Below, in pieces: positions 9,096 to 17,831 of a stretch of DNA of 64,000 nt. This DNA is from a virus, in IMG/VR virus record IMGVR_UViG_3300026512_000005, positions 32,001 through 96,000 of that record; one strand, 5' to 3'. Made by a program: the position numbers and the translations under genes. Every line of letters begins with the position of its first letter. Position 1 is the stretch's first letter. Below the pieces are notes generated by a model, which was given only the letters and a program-made list of their open reading frames with translations, did no database searches and had not been told where the DNA came from.

Positions 9096-11213
9096 CTATT
9101 TAGATTTATCTACAAAGTATGTAGCAATCTTACCACTAGCAGCCTCAATACCAGATACACTTAATACAGTTATAATTGGTAATAAAGTCTGATGTCTGTA
9201 AACAGGCATATGTAAAGTTTCATATGTTAAAGCACCACCAGTTTCACGTTGTGAAGCAAGTACTGTTTCAGGTGACCATCCACATACACCATAGTTAAAT
9301 ACTGTAGGAGAAGCGTTTCTCTCTTTACCCATAATACCGAATGATATGTAAATCATACCAGCAATAAGACTATCATCAGAGCGTCTAACCACATAGTTAA
9401 ATGTTTCATCTTCAAACGACTCTACATAACGACCAATATTATAATCAGTACCAATAATAATTGTTGGTTTAATATCACCGTAAACGGCTCTAAACGGTTT
9501 AGAGTAGTTCGAGTTTGTATACATTTTAGTAGCATAGTTCTTAATCTTTAGTTTAAGAGCAGCTGTAATGTCAGTTTCTCTTCTAGAAGACTCTCTACCA
9601 TCTACAATAGTTGAAACATCAATATCTTCAGTGTATGATGTTTTAAAGAACATGTCCGAAGCTAACCCATAGTCAGTAGTATTAATATGTTGTGTATCAA
9701 TCACAGCAGCACTAGTTACTAGTTCTAACAGACCATTTTTAGATAGAGCATGTGTAGTAAAATCAATAAGTGCTTGACCTACGTTATCACCACTATTACC
9801 ATTAATTGGTGCCACCTCACGAATGATATGTCGTTTCTGTAAAGTATAAACATAACGTTTTGTTTCAGTAGCTAAAGTCTTAGCTCTAAATCTACCATTT
9901 GAGTTTTCAGCATAAGCTTCAGGTAAAACTGCAGGTACTTTAATAGACTCTATAACCGCTTTAACTTTATCATACTCATCACCAGATGTAATCTCATTAC
10001 CAGCGGCATCAAATAGACCAGCAAATTCACGAGAAACAGCATATACAACGAAATTACTTGTTTCAAGATTAGCATCACCCTTTAAGTGGATGTCTACATT
10101 AACATAGTGTCCTTTAGCAAGTTTAAGTAAATCAGTAATTCTAGTCGTTTCATTATCAGTTCTAGTTAAGGCATCGCCTCTAAATGTAATTGTAGTTTGA
10201 TAATCTAAACTAAGGTTCATAACATCGCCAACTTTAGTATCCGTAAATACAGCAGGTAAACCATGAATGTTTCTAGAGAAGTTATCTACAACATCTTTAC
10301 CATCTTTATCCTTACCTTCAAGAGTTAGAAAGATTGTTTCGATAGATAAATGTGTATTTAACATATCGCTATCATCTACAATACCTTTTGAAACTAGTTC
10401 GTCTGGTTGTGATAATGTTAGAATATTTGATTTAACATCAGTTCTAATTGGAGCAGTAGTGATACCATAACCATCACCAATAGTTACTTGTCTACTGATA
10501 CCACTAACCCCTTTAGGATTATAAAGTACATCTCTGTTTTCATCACGAACAACAGGATATAGTCTATTTGCATCTAATGTGAAAAGTGAAGTATCATTAA
10601 GTTTTTTGAATAAAGACTCGCTAATATTTTTAATAGCTTTACCAGATAAGTCACGTTTAACAGTTGTAACTAGGTTGGTGATAGTAGTAGTAATAGAGAA
10701 ACCATTTTTAGATGGGTCTACAACAACGATTGGATAAAATAGTTCTGCAACAGGATCTTGTTTAAGAGCTAAAGACTGATAAGCAACAGTAAAATATAAA
10801 GATGCACTAGCATCGACTTTCTCAAATGACTCTAAGCCAGCTTTCATATCTCTATCAGAGATGAAATCAGTAGGTGTCAAAGTTCTATTATACGTAGTGT
10901 CACCTTCCCCAGCAACACTAGCTCTAGAACCCATAGTTCTTGAAACTGATGCCATTGGATTAAGTGCGTATTGTGCAGCTTCTTGTGCGGCAACAATTTG
11001 ATGGTCTGATAATTTAAAAGCTACACTACCATCTGCAGATATTGTAGAACCACGAAGTGCCTCACCAATAGTTGTATGTAACATAGAACGTTTACCTTCA
11101 GCATCCGCTCTCACCGAGTTATTACTAGATTCAACTCCAGCCGTAATCCCACTATAACTAGCATCGATAGAAACGCCACTTACAGAATCAAATATCTTTT
11201 TAAAATTTGTCAT
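9096..11213 (-). CDS. Major capsid protein (phiKZ gp120-like)
   Basis: 705 aa; 'AGLE|SF...KQDPVAELFYPIVVVDP' signature with propeptide cleavage sites; adjacent to DnaB as in phiKZ. Confidence 0.9.
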   Translation of the reverse strand: MTNFKKIFDSVSGVSIDASYSGITAGVESSNNSVRADAEGKRSMLHTTIGEALRGSTISADGSVAFKLSDHQIVAAQEAAQYALNPMASVSRTMGSRASVAGEGDTTYNRTLTPTDFISDRDMKAGLESFEKVDASASLYFTVAYQSLALKQDPVAELFYPIVVVDPSKNGFSITTTITNLVTTVKRDLSGKAIKNISESLFKKLNDTSLFTLDANRLYPVVRDENRDVLYNPKGVSGISRQVTIGDGYGITTAPIRTDVKSNILTLSQPDELVSKGIVDDSDMLNTHLSIETIFLTLEGKDKDGKDVVDNFSRNIHGLPAVFTDTKVGDVMNLSLDYQTTITFRGDALTRTDNETTRITDLLKLAKGHYVNVDIHLKGDANLETSNFVVYAVSREFAGLFDAAGNEITSGDEYDKVKAVIESIKVPAVLPEAYAENSNGRFRAKTLATETKRYVYTLQKRHIIREVAPINGNSGDNVGQALIDFTTHALSKNGLLELVTSAAVIDTQHINTTDYGLASDMFFKTSYTEDIDVSTIVDGRESSRRETDITAALKLKIKNYATKMYTNSNYSKPFRAVYGDIKPTIIIGTDYNIGRYVESFEDETFNYVVRRSDDSLIAGMIYISFGIMGKERNASPTVFNYGVCGWSPETVLASQRETGGALTYETLHMPVYRHQTLLPIITVLSVSGIEAASGKIATYFVDKSK

Positions 11214-11222
11214 ATATCTTCC

Positions 11223-11906
11223 TTATATTTTTTGTTTTGTTTTTGTATACACACACGAGTTCTTAAGTTGTAAGAAAATGTTGTTAAGGGTTATTGTATC
11301 TTTCGTGTAGTTATCATTATGTGTGTTCTTTCTTTCTTTAGCTATTATATTCAAATAAACTTTAAATACTGCATAAATTTCACAAGCGTAACTTGTTTCA
11401 GTTATATAGTCTATAAATAAAAAATTATTTATATCATTATTGTTTATTTTCACATATTTAACGTTACCTATTACTTTAGTAACAGTATCATTACCGTATT
11501 TTACAAAGCATGTTTTATCAACACTATAATTGCCTCGTAATATTTTTCCTATTTCAATACTATTAAACAAATTATCAGTAGTTGAACCAGAAGTTATCTG
11601 TAACGGTGATGTATCTACAGTTTTCTCTCGCATTTTACCTATTTGTCTCAATAATAATAATCGGGTATTTTCTTTAACACCACTCTCATCAAGTATATGT
11701 AACACCCTATGTAATAATTTAGCATTAAAACCATACGCTAAGAATAACTCATTCATTTCTATAACGCTGATTATATTAAAAATCTTATTAGCGTCCAACT
11801 CCGCTGTTTTATAAGTTGTGTTACAGAGTATATCTACAATACGTTCTATGTTGTTAAAAATATTTTCTGTTACTGGTACTACCTGTGGTATTTGTTCTAT
11901 CATCAT
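11223..11906 (-). CDS. Hypothetical protein between DnaB and MCP
   Basis: Track ORF 11223..11933; a better start is ATG 11906 with an AAGGA SD. Confidence 0.55.
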   Translation of the reverse strand: MMIEQIPQVVPVTENIFNNIERIVDILCNTTYKTAELDANKIFNIISVIEMNELFLAYGFNAKLLHRVLHILDESGVKENTRLLLLRQIGKMREKTVDTSPLQITSGSTTDNLFNSIEIGKILRGNYSVDKTCFVKYGNDTVTKVIGNVKYVKINNNDINNFLFIDYITETSYACEIYAVFKVYLNIIAKERKNTHNDNYTKDTITLNNIFLQLKNSCVYTKTKQKI

Positions 11907-12001
11907 TATCTTATCCTTATAAAGTAATTTCAAGAAAATGTTTTAATTAACTTTTATAAGCTGTGATTATCTTGATTTATAGATAAAACAAGGAAGAACA
12001 G

Positions 12002-13489
12002 ATGAATAATATGGAAACACTGGTTAAGGCATTAATATTACTGATAAGTGAGTTTAGTTTAAATGGTAAAATAAAATCAACGGTTTTAATAAAAGAGCTA
12101 TTAGAAGAGACAGTAGAGGCTAAGCGTGCTAAAACATTCAATGATGAAATGGATTTGATTGCTAATATGCGTAACTTACTAACCAATATATTAGATGGTA
12201 GCATCATACCTAACGATGAATTATATGTCAGTATAGATATCATGTTAGCTAATAGACAAGCACTAGCTAAGATCGTCTATAAGTATAGTACTAAGAAAAG
12301 TGAAGTGGTTATTAAATTATTAAGAAATGAACTATATAAACTTGTTAAAAAGATAAGAGTTAAGAAACTATTCCAGACAAGTCTTAATAGAATGTTGTCC
12401 AATAATATAGATGTGGATATGGCGTTAATAGATATAGCCGATAAGATTACTAAATTAAAAGAAAAGAAAACAAAGAGAATACACCCCGCACTTGTAGATA
12501 GTATTAATTTTAAAGATGAAAAGTCAGTACGTGAGGCCGCTCAAAAGGCTGTTGATCTAATTAAGGGTAACACCGTTTTTAAGACTGGTTGGTCTTGTTT
12601 AGATACTATGACACAGGGTGGTTTCAGAAGGGGCGAAACAGTTACAGCTGGTGCACTACCACATAATTATAAATCATCGTTTACTAAGTCAGTATTCTTA
12701 CAATTATGTAGATTTAATAAACCTATTATAAAAGATAATAAGAAACCGTTAATGTTATTTGTAAGTTTGGAAGAGGAGACTGATAATATTATGTTCTTCT
12801 TTTATAGTTACCTGAAATTCTCATTAGAGAATATCTCTATAAAGAAGAAAGATAAAAAGAAACTTGACCCTAAGGAAGTCTCTAAATATGTTTATGATAT
12901 ATTAGAGGCAACTGGTTTCCATGTTGAAGTTTTACGTATGGCTCCCGATAAATTTGATAAACAAGCTTTTGAGGAAGTTATCGAAAGTTATGAAAACGAT
13001 GGGTTTGAAATACAGTCATTCTTTTTAGACTATGCCAAGAAAATGAATAGAAGAGGTATAGACCGAGGCGGTCCTTCTGGAACTGATTTATTGGAACTAT
13101 TTAGTATACTTAGAAACATTACGAGTAGTAAGAGTATATTGTTTTTCACACCGCACCAGTTAAATACTCGTGCCAAAGGACTATTACAAAACGGTTTACC
13201 TGATAATGAATTTGTACAGTTTATAGCTGGTAAAGGTTATTATGCAGATAGTAGCCAGTTAGACCAAGAGATAGATTTAGAATTGTTCTTACACCTTATT
13301 AAAAAGAATGGCAAGACATACCTAGCATTACAGCGTGGTAAGCATAGAATACCAACAGTAATCCCCGAGGAAGAGAAATATATAGAACTAATGTTTCCTA
13401 ACAAGGTAAGTCCTATACCTGATAGTAGTGATACCCACACCGATATATGTAGTAAAGTAGATAACGAGGATGATGATTTTAACTTTTAA
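12002..13489 (+). CDS. dnaB: Replicative DnaB-like helicase (phiKZ gp118-like)
   Basis: 'KTGW..LD.MTQGGFRRGE', Walker A variant ALPHNYKS, 'SLEE', 'FLDY', 'PHQL', 'RGKHR' and an acidic tail. Confidence 0.9.
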   Translation: MNNMETLVKALILLISEFSLNGKIKSTVLIKELLEETVEAKRAKTFNDEMDLIANMRNLLTNILDGSIIPNDELYVSIDIMLANRQALAKIVYKYSTKKSEVVIKLLRNELYKLVKKIRVKKLFQTSLNRMLSNNIDVDMALIDIADKITKLKEKKTKRIHPALVDSINFKDEKSVREAAQKAVDLIKGNTVFKTGWSCLDTMTQGGFRRGETVTAGALPHNYKSSFTKSVFLQLCRFNKPIIKDNKKPLMLFVSLEEETDNIMFFFYSYLKFSLENISIKKKDKKKLDPKEVSKYVYDILEATGFHVEVLRMAPDKFDKQAFEEVIESYENDGFEIQSFFLDYAKKMNRRGIDRGGPSGTDLLELFSILRNITSSKSILFFTPHQLNTRAKGLLQNGLPDNEFVQFIAGKGYYADSSQLDQEIDLELFLHLIKKNGKTYLALQRGKHRIPTVIPEEEKYIELMFPNKVSPIPDSSDTHTDICSKVDNEDDDFNF

Positions 13490-13498
13490 AGAAAAAAA

Positions 13499-13528
13499 AG
13501 AAGATATAGGTCTGTTCCTATATCTTCT
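13499..13528. terminator. Terminator hairpin between convergent genes
   Basis: AGAAGATATAGG-tctgtt-CCTATATCTTCT with a flanking A-tract. Confidence 0.7.
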
Positions 13529-13553
13529 AAAGTCATTCTTGTTTCTATGAACA

Positions 13554-13763
13554 TCACACACGACTGTGGTGTGGTCGCGATCTGTTTGTAGCTGAGGTAG
13601 TCGCATCCTTTCGTGTCCTCTTAATACGAATTATCCTATTAGGAACACTTTCCTTATTTTGTTTGTTATAACACACTTGACACAACTTCGCCATATGTAC
13701 TATGTCCTCGAAGCTTTTCACCGCTGGTTTAGATCCGCATTCTTTACAAATATATACTAACAT
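13554..13763 (-). CDS. Small early Zn-finger protein
   Basis: 69 aa; CKEC...CQVC with a basic tail; AAGGA SD and its own early promoter. Confidence 0.6.
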   Translation of the reverse strand: MLVYICKECGSKPAVKSFEDIVHMAKLCQVCYNKQNKESVPNRIIRIKRTRKDATTSATNRSRPHHSRV

Positions 13764-13790
13764 TTGTTTTCCTTTTTACAGTTAAATTGT

Positions 13791-13811
13791 TTTACACTTT
13801 AATAATATATA
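13791..13811 (-). promoter_or_regulatory. Early promoter
   Basis: Minus strand TATATATTATTAAAGTGTAAA. Confidence 0.65.
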
Positions 13812-13824
13812 AGTGAAAAAGTTT

Positions 13825-13854
13825 AGATACTATACCTAGATAGGTATAGTATCT
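13825..13854 (-). terminator. Terminator hairpin
   Basis: AGATACTATACCTA-ga-TAGGTATAGTATCT. Confidence 0.7.
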
Positions 13855-14747
13855 TATATAGCTGTTCTTAATTTAAAATATTTAGTACTCATGGTAGTAC
13901 CATCTGTTTTAGTAACTTTGATACCCACTAAGAATATGTTTGTATCATACTTAAAAGCTTCCTTAGGAATTACTTTAGTCAGACCTTTAACCTTGTGTTT
14001 ATATGTTTGTATAGAATCGGATAATCCTGTAGCGTGCACTGTTACTTCCATGCTCTCGAAATTTGCTATAGGTTTAACCATGAGGTTAACACCGGTACTA
14101 TTACTAACACCATCTAAATCCTGTACTAACTGCACCTCTTTAACATCTGGCACGGTAAATACTTGTTGTGCAAAATCGGATTGGTCGTTACTTGTAGATT
14201 TATGTGCAACCTTTAGAATATAACTCCTACCACTTTCTAGTATAACATCATCCATTAGTTTATGTGTTAAATCATCTTTATTAATAAGCTCACTAAATAC
14301 TGGCTCGCCATCTAGTGTTTCTATGATGTAACTAGTATACTCGTGTTTACCATTAGACGTAGTAGACATCTTACTCGTTCTAACTGTAAATAGACTATTA
14401 GGCATATTTTTATGGTCGAAATCCAGCTGTACAGATGGTGTCATAACCATAGACGGTATTGGATAATCAAAAGCAATCTTGATAAAGTCATTGGTTTTAA
14501 TAATACCAACTTCAGATTCAAATATTGATTTATTACATATAATACGTGCTTTAGCATAGTATATTGTGTCTGGTTTCATTTCATAGTCTAAGATTACTGA
14601 AGTAAGGTTATCCTTATCCTCAAGACTAGTTTTAACTATATTAGCTTCTGTAAATATCTTACTCGTAGATAGATACCACGATGTCGCTTCGTGTATCCAC
14701 CCCATTGTTTTTGGTAAATCTATTTTCGGTGTGTATAGAACAACCAT
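13854..14747 (-). CDS. Putative virion protein with repeated beta-sandwich (FN3/Ig-like) domains
   Basis: Internal repeat HEATSWYLS / HEYTSYIIE, each followed by Y-x-x-K/R-x strands. Confidence 0.5.
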   Translation of the reverse strand: MVVLYTPKIDLPKTMGWIHEATSWYLSTSKIFTEANIVKTSLEDKDNLTSVILDYEMKPDTIYYAKARIICNKSIFESEVGIIKTNDFIKIAFDYPIPSMVMTPSVQLDFDHKNMPNSLFTVRTSKMSTTSNGKHEYTSYIIETLDGEPVFSELINKDDLTHKLMDDVILESGRSYILKVAHKSTSNDQSDFAQQVFTVPDVKEVQLVQDLDGVSNSTGVNLMVKPIANFESMEVTVHATGLSDSIQTYKHKVKGLTKVIPKEAFKYDTNIFLVGIKVTKTDGTTMSTKYFKLRTAI

Positions 14748-14806
14748 ATTAATCCTTTATTTTATTAATCAATTTATAGAGTACCCGATAGACTGAGAAA
14801 AAAAAG

Positions 14807-15190
14807 TTAGAAGTATTTATCCAGTTCTTGTAAAGTATCTAGTATATACTTAACACCTGTTTTACTTCTATGAAAATGTTTAATATCCGTAAACAATTCT
14901 TCTATCATTTCTGGAGTTGAACGAGTACATCTATACATAAGTATTTCATGAGCTACTTCATCTAACATCATGTCAGTCCTAGCAACTGTTAATGAAATGC
15001 CTTTAGTTTTTCTATTCAATTCTATTTTAAGTATTATCGTACCTTTATCATAAGGTGTTAAGTCATATACTATGTTGTCATCATATGTCGTAGTACCAGT
15101 ATTTACTATCTTTCTATACGGATTTTCTATCTCAGAACTAGTTAGCTTCGTAAGCAAGTTCTCATATACTCCCATTAAACGTAACTCCAT
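14807..15190 (-). CDS. Hypothetical protein
   Basis: 127 aa; AGGAG SD. Confidence 0.55.
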   Translation of the reverse strand: MELRLMGVYENLLTKLTSSEIENPYRKIVNTGTTTYDDNIVYDLTPYDKGTIILKIELNRKTKGISLTVARTDMMLDEVAHEILMYRCTRSTPEMIEELFTDIKHFHRSKTGVKYILDTLQELDKYF

Positions 15191-15211
15191 TTTTAACTCC
15201 TGTTGTTTTAT

Positions 15212-15535
15212 TCATCCGAATACAGCTATTTTTTTGTTGTCAATAATATTGCCTGTTACAGTTTCATACCACATAATGGAAGCATGTTTCATTAATTTAG
15301 TAAATTTAATGTTAAAACCTGTACTAGCTTCTAAGTTGTGTAACTTAACATATTCCTTATGTGGGTGAGTTATGTTCGTATACTCCTGTTTCAATCTCTG
15401 ACAAATATCATTGAATTCATGGTCGTTAAATATACTCACATCTAACTTGTAATAAAGATAAGAGGACATTATATAAAACGGTACGAGTTTATTTACACCT
15501 ACATCTTGTAAATCTCTATAACTTTGCACTACCAT
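15212..15535 (-). CDS. Stand-alone LigA N-terminal (Ia, NAD+-binding)-like domain protein
   Basis: 'SYLYYKLDVSIFNDHEFNDICQRL' matches the LigA YY..d.P.isDaEYD.L...L motif; there is no KxDG ligase domain. Confidence 0.65.
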   Translation of the reverse strand: MVVQSYRDLQDVGVNKLVPFYIMSSYLYYKLDVSIFNDHEFNDICQRLKQEYTNITHPHKEYVKLHNLEASTGFNIKFTKLMKHASIMWYETVTGNIIDNKKIAVFG

Positions 15536-17772
15536 TATATAAAACCTCTATATTCTATATTACGAACAGATTTGGATGTCTTCTTAAATAAATCTATACG
15601 ATTAACATTATATCGTTTATGTGGCCGTATGTCGCTGGACCATGTGTACGCATATATCAATTTCTTGTCTTCTATAAAACGTAGACGACCTTTTGACTGT
15701 GTGTTTGATTGTTTAGAATCGGTATTAACTGTATTAAGTACAGATATAAGATTGGGTATATCCAGAGCTGTACTAGCTGACCCTAACGTTGATACTATAA
15801 AATCATTGGCTGCTATTACTGAATAACTATCTTCCTCTGTATATTTAGTTACTTTTATATTCGGGTGTTTACGCTGGATATAATCTACCACAATTGTACA
15901 CATTTTAACTGTACCCATAAACACTAACATTTTCTCGTCGTTTAGTCTATGCTTGAAAAAGATATTCTTACTAATACTATTTATCATGTCCAGGTAGTTG
16001 CGAAGTGTAGGCCCATGCTTAATAATTGACTTCTCAAATGCTGATTGGTTATATCCAAAATGATTCTTAAATTTAATCATTCTACTATTCTTAAATCTAA
16101 AACGTATAGATAATATGTCTACATATTTTTTAGCAGTAATAACATTAGATATTCTATTATAAAGTGGAAAACCTATTTCATACATTTTATTAATATACTT
16201 ATCACTATGTTGTAGTGTGGCCGTTAAACCCAATGTTAGTCTGTTATTACAAAAGAGCATAAAATTATATACATTAAAAAATTCTTGATGACTCTCATCA
16301 TTGAGGACTATGTCAACACCTAACGCCTCCGTTATGACCTCTGGTGATAAATCTAAACCACCCGTTATAGTATTTGTTAAATATGATTTAATAAACCCTC
16401 TGATAGTAGTTAGTGATATTATATAGCACTTATACTTTTTATGTATACCCTCAGTAGTTATTGCTTCTATAAGACTCTGACCACCTTGTATGACTAATAT
16501 CTCATCACGTTTTATATCAGTTAGATATAGCACATCATTTATCCATTTCTCTAGGTATCTAGGTAAGACAATAATAGCAAATAAACGTTTAAGTTCCGAT
16601 ATGACCGACATGGAAATAAATGTATTATGCGTTACTATATAATCCTTAACAACAAATAATTTACTCTCATTATCAACGGCGATACATATTGCCTCTTTAC
16701 TCTTATCTAATATATTATAACTAACTAGATATGTACGTCTCATCCGTCTGTTATAGGCTAGTTCATAAACTCCTTTATTGCGTTTAATATTAATAGTATA
16801 TCCTAGTTTATAAATAATCTTTTTTAACGCATCTACAAGGATACCCTGCTCCGTCCTGAATAGAACTTCGTCATCTATAATATCGGTAGATAGTTTCTCA
16901 AGAACATATTCTATGTCGTCATACTTTAATGTTAGTAACATATCACTTATAATCGTTGGTATGGTATGTGTAGTCTTAATAGTTTTTATAATAGTATTAA
17001 GTCTACTGGTACTTATCTTTACATCACTTGTATTACCAATAGAGTTGTATCCTGGTATATAGACTTCTTTATTGGAATCTAGTGAACGCATTATAGACTT
17101 TGTGTTACGTACACCCCTGTTTGTCTTCCACAAATGCTCGTAACCGGACTCAATAACCCTACCATCATTTGTCGTAAATTCTATAATTGGTTTATATCCC
17201 TGTGGATAGACTCCAATTACATTAGTTGGTTTTCCGTCATTACCTGTAACTTTATCGCCAACCTTTATATCGCCTAGGATACGCCAACCATCTGGAGTTA
17301 ATATTGGTGTATCTATAGGCATTTCTTTACCGTAACCTGGGTCTAAATCTACTAACACATTATGCCTAGACCACGAGGTAATTTTATCTATGAAGACGAT
17401 TTGATATGTTCTACGTATTAACTCTTTGTTTATATTAAGTATAATGGGGTATGATTGGTGTATTTTGTTTTCTACAATGACAACTTCATCCAACTTTTTT
17501 ATATTCCTCAAGTACGTATATAAATCATCTAGTAACGATATAGGATAGCGTATGACATTTTTGCTAGCCCTATTATCGGGATGTTCCGTTTCTATGATAT
17601 AAAGTTGTTTATCAACAGCCTTGATAACTTCTGGCTGTTTACCTCGTATACGTTTATCTAATTTCATCGTGTAGGTTACCAACGTCTTATTAAACTCGTG
17701 TAGTAAAAAAACTAACTTGGAAAAGTTTAAATCGGTTATGGTAAAATACTGGCTGTACTTTTGTATTGTCAT
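15535..17772 (-). CDS. SF2 DExH helicase (phiKZ gp75-like) with an intein
   Basis: Walker A PGYGK|T split by the intein; DESHQ, LTAT, STLGSASTALDIPNL and QSKGRLR motifs. Confidence 0.9.
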   Translation of the reverse strand: MTIQKYSQYFTITDLNFSKLVFLLHEFNKTLVTYTMKLDKRIRGKQPEVIKAVDKQLYIIETEHPDNRASKNVIRYPISLLDDLYTYLRNIKKLDEVVIVENKIHQSYPIILNINKELIRRTYQIVFIDKITSWSRHNVLVDLDPGYGKEMPIDTPILTPDGWRILGDIKVGDKVTGNDGKPTNVIGVYPQGYKPIIEFTTNDGRVIESGYEHLWKTNRGVRNTKSIMRSLDSNKEVYIPGYNSIGNTSDVKISTSRLNTIIKTIKTTHTIPTIISDMLLTLKYDDIEYVLEKLSTDIIDDEVLFRTEQGILVDALKKIIYKLGYTINIKRNKGVYELAYNRRMRRTYLVSYNILDKSKEAICIAVDNESKLFVVKDYIVTHNTFISMSVISELKRLFAIIVLPRYLEKWINDVLYLTDIKRDEILVIQGGQSLIEAITTEGIHKKYKCYIISLTTIRGFIKSYLTNTITGGLDLSPEVITEALGVDIVLNDESHQEFFNVYNFMLFCNNRLTLGLTATLQHSDKYINKMYEIGFPLYNRISNVITAKKYVDILSIRFRFKNSRMIKFKNHFGYNQSAFEKSIIKHGPTLRNYLDMINSISKNIFFKHRLNDEKMLVFMGTVKMCTIVVDYIQRKHPNIKVTKYTEEDSYSVIAANDFIVSTLGSASTALDIPNLISVLNTVNTDSKQSNTQSKGRLRFIEDKKLIYAYTWSSDIRPHKRYNVNRIDLFKKTSKSVRNIEYRGFI
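16624..17325 (-). mobile_element. Class-3 intein (234 aa) with a degenerate endonuclease region
   Basis: Starts EMPIDTPILTPDGW; block B HLW; block F AICIAVD; block G IVTHN|T. This gives the WCT triplet. Confidence 0.85.
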
Positions 17773-17831
17773 ATTTATAATCCTTTTTAATCAGTTAAAA
17801 TATGGTTATTAACAAAAGCACGAAGCCTTTG

